Of a DNA stretch of 64,000 nucleotides, positions 22,540 to 34,760 are shown one piece after another. Every line of letters starts with the position of its first letter. The first letter of the stretch is position 1. The translations under genes and the position numbers were made by a program. Under the pieces are notes generated by a model. It was not told the DNA's origin. It did not search any database and saw nothing but the letters and a program-made list of their open reading frames with translations. The DNA is from Salinispira sp. (GTDB lineage Bacteria > Spirochaetota > Spirochaetia > DSM-27196 > Salinispiraceae), in assembly GCA_965226555.1 (NCBI GenBank), contig CBDDDG010000010.1, positions 256,001 to 320,000 on the forward strand, in the 5' to 3' direction.

Positions 22540-23288
22540 TATCGGTTCACCTGTTCAAGATAGGACTGCGTGAAAACCGTATCGGGAATGTTATTAAAGC
22601 TGACGCCGCGGACTGTTATCTCGCTTTGCTCGCCGGGGGAAAGGTTGTCGACCTGAAGAATTTTCGTTGGAATGAAATAATCGCCATAGCGTCCATAGGT
22701 CGGATAGTACACGGTACGCACAAGACGGTCTGACAGGCTATAGTTCTCTTCCTTCAGTGGAAGATAATTATCTCTCCGCACCCAGTAACGGATTCTCGGA
22801 AATGTAACGGTATCGGTAACCGCTTTGAGATCGAGCACATACACCGGATATTTTCCGAGCATTGCTTCCTCATATGAGTCGGCTTCATAATCGTCAACCA
22901 GAGAGGTTTCGGCAAAATCGCTGTTACGGCTTTCGGTATCTTCAAAATTATCGCTGAGATTGAAAATTGAAAATTCCCTACTCTCGGGATCATATGACCA
23001 TGCAGTGTCATCGACACTGAGATACCCCTGCCCCCTCCTCAAAAGCGGATCGACAATGAGAATGAGAAATTTATCCTCTCGGTCTCTCCTGAAAAAACGA
23101 ACCTTTGTGACGCTCCGTTCTTCCTCGGGTTTATCGCTCACAATGGTATATTCGGCGGTAAAATCCTCATTCCCGAACGAATCGAGTGCATCTATTTGCC
23201 GGATTACTTCATCTGTGTCCAGTCCCTGAGCATATAAAACACTACACAGAGTAAAACACACAAGTAAAAAACCTTCTTGAATTCGCAT
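22539..23288 (-). CDS. Outer-membrane lipoprotein-sorting (LolA-like) protein
   Basis: Signal peptide; RGQGYL..DD..W.Y.P, then YPVYVLDLKA...RIRYWV; typical operon context. Confidence 0.75.
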   Translation of the reverse strand: MRIQEGFLLVCFTLCSVLYAQGLDTDEVIRQIDALDSFGNEDFTAEYTIVSDKPEEERSVTKVRFFRRDREDKFLILIVDPLLRRGQGYLSVDDTAWSYDPESREFSIFNLSDNFEDTESRNSDFAETSLVDDYEADSYEEAMLGKYPVYVLDLKAVTDTVTFPRIRYWVRRDNYLPLKEENYSLSDRLVRTVYYPTYGRYGDYFIPTKILQVDNLSPGEQSEITVRGVSFNNIPDTVFTQSYLEQVNR

Positions 23289-23321
23289 TATTATTCTCCT
23301 AAAAATTTGAATGATCTATTA

Positions 23322-23356
23322 GAAACTTTTGTATTAGAAACTTTTGCATAACTTTC
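23322..23356. repeat. Short palindromic-element remnants
   Basis: TATTA-GAAACTTTTG-TATTA-GAAACTTTTGCATAACTTTC-TCTTA. Confidence 0.55.
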
Positions 23357-23358
23357 TC

Positions 23359-24693
23359 TTATGATCGCAGAGCATCTGCCGGAGATAATTTTGCAGCTCT
23401 ATTGGCAGGCGAGTTTGCTGCGAGAACGGTAAAAATTACGACCAGAAAATAATTAAATATGAGGCTCGTCAGATTAAAAGGAAAGGTAAATTTCCCATTC
23501 AAGGTGAAAAGACTCAGGGGATTGTCGGTTGGTATGGTAATGAGCTTCAGAAAAAGGCTCAGAACAGGCGCGAGTATGACACCGATAATATACCCCACGG
23601 TTCCGAGACCGAAGGCTTCCCACAGGAAAATACGGCGAATGCCGCCGCGCTGCACACCAACGGCGCGCATGGTACCAATTTCCTTTACCCGCTCAAGCAT
23701 GACCATTCGGAAGGTGTTGGCAACACCAACGGTGATAATGACAATAAGAATGAGCAAAAACACCAAACTTGCGGCATTGACCGTATTAATAAGCTGATCA
23801 ATCTGGGTAGTAAATTCAATAACATCGGTAACTTCATACAGCCCCGATTCCCATATGGAAAGATCCGCCTCATCTTCAGTGAAATCGTCAAACACTCTCT
23901 GACCGCCGCTGAAGGCAAAACTGGCGCTCAGCGTTTCCTCAACCTCGGGAAGCAGCCGCTGTTCATCGCTGAGTTTCTCTTGGATGATATTACTTACTCC
24001 TTCAGTCATATTCAGCGAAGGAAGTCTGAGATGTAAATCCTGATAACTATCTTCACCGATGTTGATCATTGTGTTTACCCGCTGTATATGAGCATAGCTG
24101 GAAAAGGAGCTCAGGAATCCTGAACCGGTCATAATACCCTGCACAATAAAGCTCCCGACATTTTCCTGACCAGTAACCGTTGAAGCCTGAAGGGTAACTT
24201 CTTCACCAATGTTCACGCCGAGCCTTTCAGCAGCTTCGCCGCTGAGAACAATGGCGTAGGGATCGGAAATAATTGATTCGAGCGAACCTTCAGCCAGACC
24301 AATGCGCTCCTGAAGGCGGGTCTCACTATCCCAGTTCACACCAGCTACTAACTGACCAGACTTGCGTCCATTAAAGATGACGGTTGCAAACATGCTTGAA
24401 CGTTTTACTAAATCATCTCTCGCATAGCCTAAGTCGGAGAGAATGTTGAGAATAGTATCTTCATCTCTAAATTCAGGGATTATTTCACCATCGTCCCGCC
24501 TTCTCTGTTCGGAGATAAACACGTTTCCGCCCAGAAACTCTACGATGCCTTCTTTTATGTTTGTTGTCATACCGGCGAGGAAGGCATTGACAAGCGTTAT
24601 AATGAGAATGCCGAAGGCAATGGCTCCGCAGAGAAGCAGACTTCGTTTTTTCTGCCGATTCAAATTTCGCACGGCGATATTAATATATTTCAT
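23359..24693 (-). CDS. ABC transporter permease (FtsX/LolE-like)
   Basis: IAVRNLNRQKKRS, ERVKEIGTMRAVG, PANRAAKLSPADALR. Confidence 0.9.
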   Translation of the reverse strand: MKYINIAVRNLNRQKKRSLLLCGAIAFGILIITLVNAFLAGMTTNIKEGIVEFLGGNVFISEQRRRDDGEIIPEFRDEDTILNILSDLGYARDDLVKRSSMFATVIFNGRKSGQLVAGVNWDSETRLQERIGLAEGSLESIISDPYAIVLSGEAAERLGVNIGEEVTLQASTVTGQENVGSFIVQGIMTGSGFLSSFSSYAHIQRVNTMINIGEDSYQDLHLRLPSLNMTEGVSNIIQEKLSDEQRLLPEVEETLSASFAFSGGQRVFDDFTEDEADLSIWESGLYEVTDVIEFTTQIDQLINTVNAASLVFLLILIVIITVGVANTFRMVMLERVKEIGTMRAVGVQRGGIRRIFLWEAFGLGTVGYIIGVILAPVLSLFLKLITIPTDNPLSLFTLNGKFTFPFNLTSLIFNYFLVVIFTVLAANSPANRAAKLSPADALRS

Positions 24694-24702
24694 ACCCGTC
24701 TC

Positions 24703-26277
24703 CTACACAGACTGCATTGCTTCCAGAGGTTGTATTTTGAGCGCCACACGAACCGGATACAGGCTTGAAATGAAACCAATACCGAGCATGACCGCATAAC
24801 CAATAAAGACTGTTGTGATACTGAATACCGGCCGGAGCACCTCTCCTCCAAACAGAGATTGAATAAAAAGGTTCGGCGCCGGAATTCCCACTGCATTAAG
24901 AAGCGCAACAATGAGAAAACCCAGTATGAGACCGACGCTGCCGAAGATAAGCGATATGCTCACACTTTCGGCAATGAACATATACCGAATGAGTTTTTTA
25001 TAGGCGCCGAGGCTCCTCATGGTACCTATTTCTTTTCTCCGCTCAATAATCGATATAACGAGGGTATTCATAATAATGATGACGGCAACCACCGCAAGAA
25101 TAATAACAAGTATGTAAAAGAATATTCGGGTGGCATTGCTGAACTGAGCCGCCCCCCCCGAAGCAACAACCCAATCTACTGCCTCGAGAGGCCAGCCCTG
25201 TTCATCAAAATAGGTATTGAGCTGCGCTATTGTCGCATTCGTCTGAGAATCTGCATTGAGCCTGATGAGCAGGTATGACCAAGCGCCGGCATCCGGCACA
25301 CTTGCCTGGTTTCGTTCGGAAAGATCGCCAAGAATGTTAAACACATCGGTATCGCCGGCAGCGCCGGTGCCCGCATCGCCGGCAGCGCCGGTGCCCGCAT
25401 TGCTGTTAGCGCCGCCCGCAGCGTCAATGGCAGCATCGGAGAAGAATGAATCATCGCCAAAGAGGGCGTCATCGCCAAAGAGGGCATCATCGCCAAAGAG
25501 GGCGTCATCGCCGGCATCGGCAGAGAACATAGTACTGTCGAGGAGGCTTGTATCTGCTTCATCAATGTTAACAATGTCAACAGTTCCGACCACCATCCCG
25601 ACAAGCGATCTCATATTTGAGGCATCGATGAAGGCATTGATGTTTCCGCTGGCATTGGAATATTCGTACACTCCGCGAAGAACCAGACGCCGAATTCGTA
25701 ATCCTGCATTACCGCCCCCTTGGAGCTTTATTTCATCGCCAATTTGAAGATCAATGCCGAGATCATTTCGTATGCTGTCTATTGTTTCCTTATTAACAAC
25801 AATGCCCGATTCACCGGGTTCGAGAAAACGTCCTTCGAGAACATTCACATTTTCGGGAAACATTTCCCGGTAGCTATCTGGTTCAATGCCGTATACCGCG
25901 AGTGATACGCCGCGGTCACGGTCTTTTTCGCTGAAGTCGATGTTTGCGAAGGCGGTGATCTGGGGGTTGGCAACCGCCGCCTGAGGCAGGGAGGTAATGT
26001 ACTCGTAGAGATCGGCATAACCGCCTATGCTCTGGCTGGCGACATCGGGATTGAAGGAACCGTTGATAGTAACAGCATCTTCCGATTGGGTTCTTACAAG
26101 TATGTTACCGGTGAAACTATCCACATATGAACGCTCAACTCCCTGCCGCGCAGTATCCAGAATGGAATTGCCGAGGGTAAGAATGAGTATTCCTAAGGTA
26201 ATGAGCACGCCGATAATGAGGCTCTTGGATTTGTGCTCTCTGAGGTTTCTGAGGGCTATTCGGAAAAGTACCGCCAT
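24703..26277 (-). CDS. ABC transporter permease (FtsX/LolE-like)
   Basis: IALRNLREHKSKS, ERRKEIGTMRSLG, PVRVALKIQPLEAM; internal GDDALF x3 and AGTGAAGD x2 repeats. Confidence 0.9.
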   Translation of the reverse strand: MAVLFRIALRNLREHKSKSLIIGVLITLGILILTLGNSILDTARQGVERSYVDSFTGNILVRTQSEDAVTINGSFNPDVASQSIGGYADLYEYITSLPQAAVANPQITAFANIDFSEKDRDRGVSLAVYGIEPDSYREMFPENVNVLEGRFLEPGESGIVVNKETIDSIRNDLGIDLQIGDEIKLQGGGNAGLRIRRLVLRGVYEYSNASGNINAFIDASNMRSLVGMVVGTVDIVNIDEADTSLLDSTMFSADAGDDALFGDDALFGDDALFGDDSFFSDAAIDAAGGANSNAGTGAAGDAGTGAAGDTDVFNILGDLSERNQASVPDAGAWSYLLIRLNADSQTNATIAQLNTYFDEQGWPLEAVDWVVASGGAAQFSNATRIFFYILVIILAVVAVIIIMNTLVISIIERRKEIGTMRSLGAYKKLIRYMFIAESVSISLIFGSVGLILGFLIVALLNAVGIPAPNLFIQSLFGGEVLRPVFSITTVFIGYAVMLGIGFISSLYPVRVALKIQPLEAMQSV

Positions 26278-26278
26278 A

Positions 26279-26974
26279 TTATTCTTCCCGACGTTCTTCG
26301 TGAATGATTTTGCCATCTTGCAGCTTGATAATGTGGTCGGCTATGTCGACAATGGTTGCGTCGTGGGTGGAAAAAATGAAGGTGGTCTCTTGGTCGCGGT
26401 TTACTTTTTTCATGAGTTCAATAATTTGTTCACCGGTTTTGGAGTCGAGGTTGGCGGTGGGTTCATCGGCGAGTACTACCTGCGGCTTACAGACGAGCGC
26501 CCGCGCAATGGCTACCCGCTGACGCTGTCCGCCCGAGAGCTCATTCGGCCGGTGATTACGCCAATTACTGAGCCCGACCTCTTCAATAAGATAGTCAATC
26601 CATTCCGTCTTCTCGTTCTTTTCCATTTTTGTTTTTCCAAGCAGAAGAGGAAATTCAATGTTTTCAAATACATTCAGCACGGGAATGAGATTAAAGCTCT
26701 GAAAAATAAAACCAATGAAACGATGACGAAGCTGGGTAATCTCTTTGTCTTTTAATGTCTTTGTATCGATCTCATCGATAATAACTGAACCTTCGGTCGG
26801 AATGTCGATGCAGCCGAGAAGGTTTAAAATGGTCGACTTGCCCGAACCTGAGGGTCCGGCAATGGAAATAAAGTCTCCCTTCTGAATTTGAGAACTCACA
26901 CCCCGAACTGCGTGAATTTCAGTTTTGCCAAGCGGATATACTTTATGTATATCTTTCATTTCTACAATAGCCAC
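26279..26974 (-). CDS. ABC transporter ATP-binding protein (LolD/MacB-like)
   Basis: GPSGSGKST, LSGGQRQRVAIARAL, LADEPTANLD. Confidence 0.95.
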   Translation of the reverse strand: MAIVEMKDIHKVYPLGKTEIHAVRGVSSQIQKGDFISIAGPSGSGKSTILNLLGCIDIPTEGSVIIDEIDTKTLKDKEITQLRHRFIGFIFQSFNLIPVLNVFENIEFPLLLGKTKMEKNEKTEWIDYLIEEVGLSNWRNHRPNELSGGQRQRVAIARALVCKPQVVLADEPTANLDSKTGEQIIELMKKVNRDQETTFIFSTHDATIVDIADHIIKLQDGKIIHEERREE

Positions 26975-27091
26975 AGATATCTCCCCATTACGTACTTCAA
27001 GAACATTTTACATTGATAAAGTTTTGCATTGATAAAGTTACAAAAATACATGGGGTTTGTAAAGTGAAATTTTTGCTTTATTCAAACATTT

Positions 27092-28657
27092 CTATTCTTC
27101 AATTTCTTCAAACAGGGTGTAGGCATAGAGTTTAGCGCCCCCAGCAGTAATAGGAGGAGTAGTAGAAGTACCAGCACCATTCACATCACTTGCTATCCAC
27201 ATCGTTCTTCCATCTGACCAGATACCGGTATTATCTGTGTTTTCGATATCATTGAGTGTGAACGTTTTTGTTGGATCGGAGGTTCCGTCACTCATCTTGT
27301 AGGCGGCAATCCGAGTTCTCATAACATCGGTACCCATATCATCAATGGTAACATCAGCCAGTATCCACAGTGTGGTTCCATCTGACCATATACCTTCGAG
27401 CCTACCCAGATTATCGCTTAGGTTGATATCTTTTGCAGAATCAGCTTCTCCGGTACTCAGCTTGTAGGCATAGATTTTTTTATTACTACCATTAGTATCT
27501 GCCACCCACATTGTCGTTCCGTTCGACCAGATGCCTGCGGGAATTGTGCCTGAGTACACTCCGCTTACGGGATATGGAGCGCCACTGACAGTGAAACTTT
27601 TGTTTGTGTCTGGCATTGGATCAAAGTTTCCGTTACTCATTTTATTATGGGCGTGGATGTTAGCATGAGAACCATATTCTCCCTCTGTCACCCACATCGT
27701 TTCTCCATCTGACCAGATATACAAGGGTTGATAGGAGAGATTGATATCACTTCCTGACATACGGGTTTTGTCACTCACTTTGTAGGCATAGATTTTTCTA
27801 TTATCACTAGTATCTGCCACCCACATTGTCGTCTCATCCGACCAAATGCCGTAGGGGTAACTGATTACGGCACCCGCCATATCCAGACTATCGAAATTCT
27901 TACTTTCGTCATAGGCGCCGACAAATTTCAGCCCTCCGGATTGAGATGGAGACCACGCGCCATTGCCCTGCGCATTGGCGGCGCGGACACGCACATCGTA
28001 GCTCATGCCGTTTTCGAGGTTCATAATGGTGTGGGTTGTAGCTGGCGCGGCGACAGTAATAGCAGCGATGCTCGTTGTGTTATCTGGCGGCCAGTCATCG
28101 GCGCTGAGTTTGCGCTGCACATGGTACTCGGTAATGGCGCTGCCGCCATTATCTTTCGGAGCAGTCCATGTAGCAGTGATTTCCCCATTCCCCGCTTCGA
28201 GGGTTGGAGCATCCGGCGCGGCAGGAACGGCAACAGGGGTTGCGACGGCAGATTTCGACCATGCGCTGGGTCCCTGCGCGTTAACGGCGCGCACCTGTAC
28301 TTCGTAGGTGTTGCCGTTTGTCAGTCCGGTAATGATCCGGCTTGCGCTGGTAATGCCGGAAATATCCGTCCATGCTCCGCCGCCTGTGCGATATTGCAGC
28401 TCATACCCGGTAATGGCGCTGCCGCCATCGTCCGGCGCAGTCCATGTTGCGGTAAGTATCGCATTCCCCGATTCAAGGGTTGGCGCAGCCATTGTGCCCG
28501 GCACAGTTGGATCGGGTGGATCGGGTTCCGGTGTTGGGCATCCGCTGAGTACCAGCGCCGCAACAATGAAGGTAAGTATCGCTCTGAAAAAACGGAACTT
28601 GTGTTGTGTTGTGTTGTGTTGTGTTGTGTTGTGTTGTGTTGTGTTGTCTGAAATCAT
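27092..28657 (-). CDS. Surface lipoprotein: 2 FN3 domains + beta-propeller-like repeats
   Basis: RBS AAGGAG; lipobox VLSGC; FN3 motifs; repeated GIWSDGTTMWVAD...KIYAY. Confidence 0.85.
   Translation of the reverse strand: MISDNTTQHNTTQHNTTQHKFRFFRAILTFIVAALVLSGCPTPEPDPPDPTVPGTMAAPTLESGNAILTATWTAPDDGGSAITGYELQYRTGGGAWTDISGITSASRIITGLTNGNTYEVQVRAVNAQGPSAWSKSAVATPVAVPAAPDAPTLEAGNGEITATWTAPKDNGGSAITEYHVQRKLSADDWPPDNTTSIAAITVAAPATTHTIMNLENGMSYDVRVRAANAQGNGAWSPSQSGGLKFVGAYDESKNFDSLDMAGAVISYPYGIWSDETTMWVADTSDNRKIYAYKVSDKTRMSGSDINLSYQPLYIWSDGETMWVTEGEYGSHANIHAHNKMSNGNFDPMPDTNKSFTVSGAPYPVSGVYSGTIPAGIWSNGTTMWVADTNGSNKKIYAYKLSTGEADSAKDINLSDNLGRLEGIWSDGTTLWILADVTIDDMGTDVMRTRIAAYKMSDGTSDPTKTFTLNDIENTDNTGIWSDGRTMWIASDVNGAGTSTTPPITAGGAKLYAYTLFEEIEE
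28601..28645. repeat. Pentanucleotide SSR (GTGTT)x9 in the 5' coding region
   Basis: Nine perfect GTGTT units encoding NTTQH repeats just after the start codon. Confidence 0.95.
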
Positions 28658-28677
28658 ATAATCTCCTTTGAATATCA

Positions 28678-28883
28678 GAAACTTTTGCTGCTGAAAATTG
28701 TGCAGAGCTCAATTTTCAGCAGCAAAAGTTTCCGATCTGGAATGCTTTCTTTGTGCTTAGCATTCTCCTATTTTATAGAAAGTTTTGCATTTTGCAAAAC
28801 TTTGTATCAGAAACTTTTGCATTGATAAAGTTTTGCCTCAACGGAAAATTGTGCAGAGCTCAATTTTCAGCAGCAAAACTTTC
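28678..28883. mobile_element. Composite palindromic element (28678-28804, TSD TATCA) plus adjacent copy (28810-28883)
   Basis: TATCA at 28673-28677 and 28805-28809; conserved hairpins and spacer. Confidence 0.85.
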
Positions 28884-28983
28884 CATATCTTGAGAAAATC
28901 AAGAATATCACAAAATTTTCTATAAGTATACTACGAAAACCATATAATTGCAATTTTTCAATAGCCAATGCGATTCTGTGAAA

Positions 28984-30609
28984 TTAATACCATGATGGCA
29001 GCAGATCACCTATTACGCCGGAGTCAATGAACATGTCGACTTTGAGTCCGGTATATGTGCCGTTTCTATTGATGCCGACAGTATTGGGGTCAGCATCATT
29101 ATCGGGCATCCAATAATCCTTCCATTCCTCAAGATTTTGATTGAATGCAGATGCACTCCGGAACATATGGCTCATATTTGTTACCGAGCCGACATCCCAG
29201 TCCGAGATATCGCCATTGAAGGAGCTTGCGCTCTGGAACATCCCGGACATATTCCTTACCGAACTGACAGTCCATTCCGAGATATCGCCATTGAAGGCGC
29301 TTGCCCCAAAGAACATTCCAAGCATATTCCTTACCGCGCTGACATCCCAGTCCGAGATATCGCCATTGAATGCGCTTCTCTCGAACATCTGCTGCATATT
29401 CGTTACTGAGCTGACATTCCAGCCGGAGATATTGCCATTGAAGGCGTTTGCGCCATCGAACATATATCCCATATCCGTTATTGCTGTGGTAATAATGTAG
29501 TTGAGATCGGCAGTATTGCCCCAGGTTGATATTCCCGCAGCTACCGCTGTTTTCAGTGCCGCGTTATCAGCAGGACTCACGGTAACATAAAACTTTTCGG
29601 TAACCCGTGTATTCTTATCGGTTCCGTCTATGACAGATACATTGTATGTTCCAGCCGTTGTACTCGCGCTAACGGTAATAACTCCGGTACTTGAGTCAAC
29701 TGTCGGCGGGGCAACCGATCTCATGGAAGTAACCCCAGCCACAGTAACGCTTGGCTTCTCCGCATTGGCAACTGCCTCATCAATGGCAGCCGACAGAATG
29801 ACGGACATTGCCGCACCACCTGGAGGAACCTTCGGAACCTGCCTCGCAAGCGGCCGCAGTGTTCTTGTTGCGGATGCAGACCATTCGCCATCGCCCTGCG
29901 CGTTGACAGCGCGCACCCGCACATCGTAGGAGGTGGTACCGTCGTTCGTCAGTCCGGTAATGGTGTGGCTCGCAACAGTACCGGCGATAGGGTCGGTGAC
30001 CGGCGTCCAGTTAGAACCGCTGTCTGAACTATACTGCACATGGTACTTGGTAATGTCGTTGCCGCCGTCATCTGGCGCAGCCCATGAGGCGGTGAGCTGG
30101 GTGTCTCCAACTGTGAGCGTGGGAGCATTCGGCGCGCTGGGAACGGTATCGTAGATTATGGTTACTATCAGGTAGCTGTTGCCGGAAGGATGAACAAGCG
30201 GCGCCTCGACGGCAGCCTTGTATGCGTGAATGCTGAGTCGGTCGCCTAAAAGTGTGAAGGGGTTTTCTTTATTTTGCGTTGCGCTGGTAATGCCGTTGTA
30301 TGCGGGAATTTCTGCAAATGAGTCGCCAAATGCATAGTGTATGACTGCGCCGGGAGTATCTGACTGTGCGATAATTTCCACATTATTATATTTGACAGTT
30401 ATTTCGCCTGCCTTGGGCTCCCAAAGATCAGTGCCTTTTTTGCGGACATACCATTGCGGCTTCTGCGCGCGCTCAACATTGTTGTTAACGGCGCTGGGGG
30501 GAATGCGGTCGTCTTTATTGGGAATGTAGACAAAGGCTGAGGGGCAGGCCGCAAGTATGAGCATGAAAACACAAAGAACGGTAATATATAGTTTTTTCCG
30601 AACATTCAT
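28984..30609 (-). CDS. Surface lipoprotein: FN3 + DUF285 (BspA-like) repeats
   Basis: RBS GGAGAG before ATG 30609; lipobox ILAAC; FNGDISDWDVS.V.NM..MF repeats. Confidence 0.88.
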   Translation of the reverse strand: MNVRKKLYITVLCVFMLILAACPSAFVYIPNKDDRIPPSAVNNNVERAQKPQWYVRKKGTDLWEPKAGEITVKYNNVEIIAQSDTPGAVIHYAFGDSFAEIPAYNGITSATQNKENPFTLLGDRLSIHAYKAAVEAPLVHPSGNSYLIVTIIYDTVPSAPNAPTLTVGDTQLTASWAAPDDGGNDITKYHVQYSSDSGSNWTPVTDPIAGTVASHTITGLTNDGTTSYDVRVRAVNAQGDGEWSASATRTLRPLARQVPKVPPGGAAMSVILSAAIDEAVANAEKPSVTVAGVTSMRSVAPPTVDSSTGVITVSASTTAGTYNVSVIDGTDKNTRVTEKFYVTVSPADNAALKTAVAAGISTWGNTADLNYIITTAITDMGYMFDGANAFNGNISGWNVSSVTNMQQMFERSAFNGDISDWDVSAVRNMLGMFFGASAFNGDISEWTVSSVRNMSGMFQSASSFNGDISDWDVGSVTNMSHMFRSASAFNQNLEEWKDYWMPDNDADPNTVGINRNGTYTGLKVDMFIDSGVIGDLLPSWY

Positions 30610-30772
30610 TGGTAATACTCTCCAATTTCGTAATGGCTGAAACGGCTGAAAAAAACTGACTATTAAGAAAGTTTTGCAAAATGCAAACATACACATTATA
30701 TATCCTGTAGCGGGAAAAATCAATACTAATCCCAAAATCGCCAAAAATCAGCAAAATACATGCAAAAATTTC

Positions 30773-32491
30773 CTAAAAATAGACAATTGAAGGCTCATTC
30801 ATGTTATCGATCACGTCCTTTTTTATTGTTCCAAGGTTTTCAAATGTGTCGATGTCGGGCTTGAAACACAGCGTGTAATGCTCCATGAGCCCATTCATAA
30901 TTGAAACATCGGGATTGATGTATTCGGCCATCGGTAAGAAACTCACCCGATAATTATTCTGCTTAATTTTTTCAACCAGCACCGCAGATGGAAGATGAAG
31001 TTTCAATTTCCTTCCGTGCACAAGATCAATGCCGATTCGCGATTGTCCGCATCCGAGTATCCAGGCAGACCCGGGCAGAAAAATACAGCTGCGTCTGCCT
31101 GTTTTTGAAAGATCGACACGAAGGTTTCTTTCTGTGCCGTCATGATTCCTGCTGCGCAGTGTCAAGGTTCTGCGCATGGACACCTCATCCCACAAAACAA
31201 GCATTTGGGGAATGTAGCGGAGGACAGTATGATCCTCAACAATCCAAGGATGCTGAATGTAGGTATCCAGATAGAGTTCTCGGTTATTGTTTACAAGGAG
31301 AAAATCGTTGGAAATGCGGCCGCTGATCTTGGTGCCGGGAACTTCAAGGCTGAGAATCTGCCGTAATCCGCGTATGCCCCCATCTTCAACCGCAACGGCA
31401 TTCTCTATTTTGAAGGCATGTTTCCGTCCAATTTTTCCTCTTCTGAGGAGGAAAAGAGATGATATGCCGCCCGGAAAAACAAAGGTTCCGCCGTTGTACA
31501 CCATTCTGTCGATGTTACCCTGAGTAAAAAACACCGTAAAATCCTGTTCCCGCAGTTCCACATCGCCGAGAAGGCTCAGGGTAATTGTCCGCCAGAAACG
31601 CGGCTCTTCCGTATGATCCGGATGAGGAAGGGGAAATATACTGCTGAACGATGCTTTTCGGGAAGGTTTTTTCCCGGGCTTCGAAAGAAACTGGGAGATA
31701 AATTCCGGACCGAAGTACGGAGGATCAAATTCCGGCCAGTCCACCGAGAGCTCTTCTTCCGAATTACCCGCGGCATGAAGCGGCCGAATTTCTCCTCTTC
31801 CACAGATAAGTTCATGCTTTTTCTTCGACAGCGCCAGAAATGCCTCCAATATTCTTTTATGCTCCTTGTCTCCATTAACCATAATAATGGTGTCCCAGTT
31901 ATCTTCTTTTTGAAAGATTTCCCGGTTCATGAGCTGCAGTACTTCATGCCTGCTTTTTTCAATCTTCATTCTCAGTCCCGATGCAAAATGCCGGGCGCTG
32001 CTATTATCGGGAAAAATAACAGGGATAATTTGATCGCCGGCATCTTTGGTCATAATTCTATAGTAGCTTCCCTTCCAGACAGCGCGCAGAGGAATTATGA
32101 CCGCGGGCAAAATACTTCTATACATGTTCCGCGCTTCTTCCCGTTGATAGTCGTGCCAGCGCGGAATAAAGACCGGAGAAAGTTCAGGATAATGCGCGGT
32201 AAAGGCCGTGAGTCCTTTTTTCAGATATTCCCGCAGGTTCCGGACATTCATAAGCCCTTGAAAAGCTGCATCGGAACTATCGGGAAAGATGTTTATTCGT
32301 CCTGAACTAATAAATGGGGCGATTTGCTGTTTCAGGGAGTCATCTAGCGATTCAAGAAGCGCAATGGGCGCCCGGATGCCCAGACGGATGGCAGAGCCCT
32401 GTTCCTGAATGTGCTCAATAAGGGTGAGAATATGGTTCCCTGCTGTATTGATATCGTAAAATGTAAACATCGGAAGTAAACGCATGTACAT
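30773..32491 (-). CDS. Hypothetical protein
   Basis: 572-aa ORF; no recognised motif. Confidence 0.6.
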   Translation of the reverse strand: MYMRLLPMFTFYDINTAGNHILTLIEHIQEQGSAIRLGIRAPIALLESLDDSLKQQIAPFISSGRINIFPDSSDAAFQGLMNVRNLREYLKKGLTAFTAHYPELSPVFIPRWHDYQREEARNMYRSILPAVIIPLRAVWKGSYYRIMTKDAGDQIIPVIFPDNSSARHFASGLRMKIEKSRHEVLQLMNREIFQKEDNWDTIIMVNGDKEHKRILEAFLALSKKKHELICGRGEIRPLHAAGNSEEELSVDWPEFDPPYFGPEFISQFLSKPGKKPSRKASFSSIFPLPHPDHTEEPRFWRTITLSLLGDVELREQDFTVFFTQGNIDRMVYNGGTFVFPGGISSLFLLRRGKIGRKHAFKIENAVAVEDGGIRGLRQILSLEVPGTKISGRISNDFLLVNNNRELYLDTYIQHPWIVEDHTVLRYIPQMLVLWDEVSMRRTLTLRSRNHDGTERNLRVDLSKTGRRSCIFLPGSAWILGCGQSRIGIDLVHGRKLKLHLPSAVLVEKIKQNNYRVSFLPMAEYINPDVSIMNGLMEHYTLCFKPDIDTFENLGTIKKDVIDNMNEPSIVYF

Positions 32492-32509
32492 CTTTGTATC
32501 ATATTTCAG

Positions 32510-34637
<2,128 letters not shown>

Positions 34638-34724
34638 CCCGATTCTTTGCGGGTGCTCGCTGGGGCGCAAGGGGCGCTTAGTTGCCGCCCTCCGCATCAT
34701 CTGAAAATGAGACCAACGAGAACT

Positions 34725-34754
34725 AAAAGGCTGCCGTAAACTGGCAGCCTTTTT
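34725..34754. terminator. Rho-independent terminator (bidirectional)
   Basis: AAAAGGCTGCC-GTAAACT-GGCAGCCTTTTT between convergent genes. Confidence 0.85.
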
Positions 34755-34760
34755 ATATGT

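Noticed and set aside
30773..32491. GH57-like hydrolase
   Set aside because: Only a vague N-terminal resemblance; no conserved catalytic motifs recognised.
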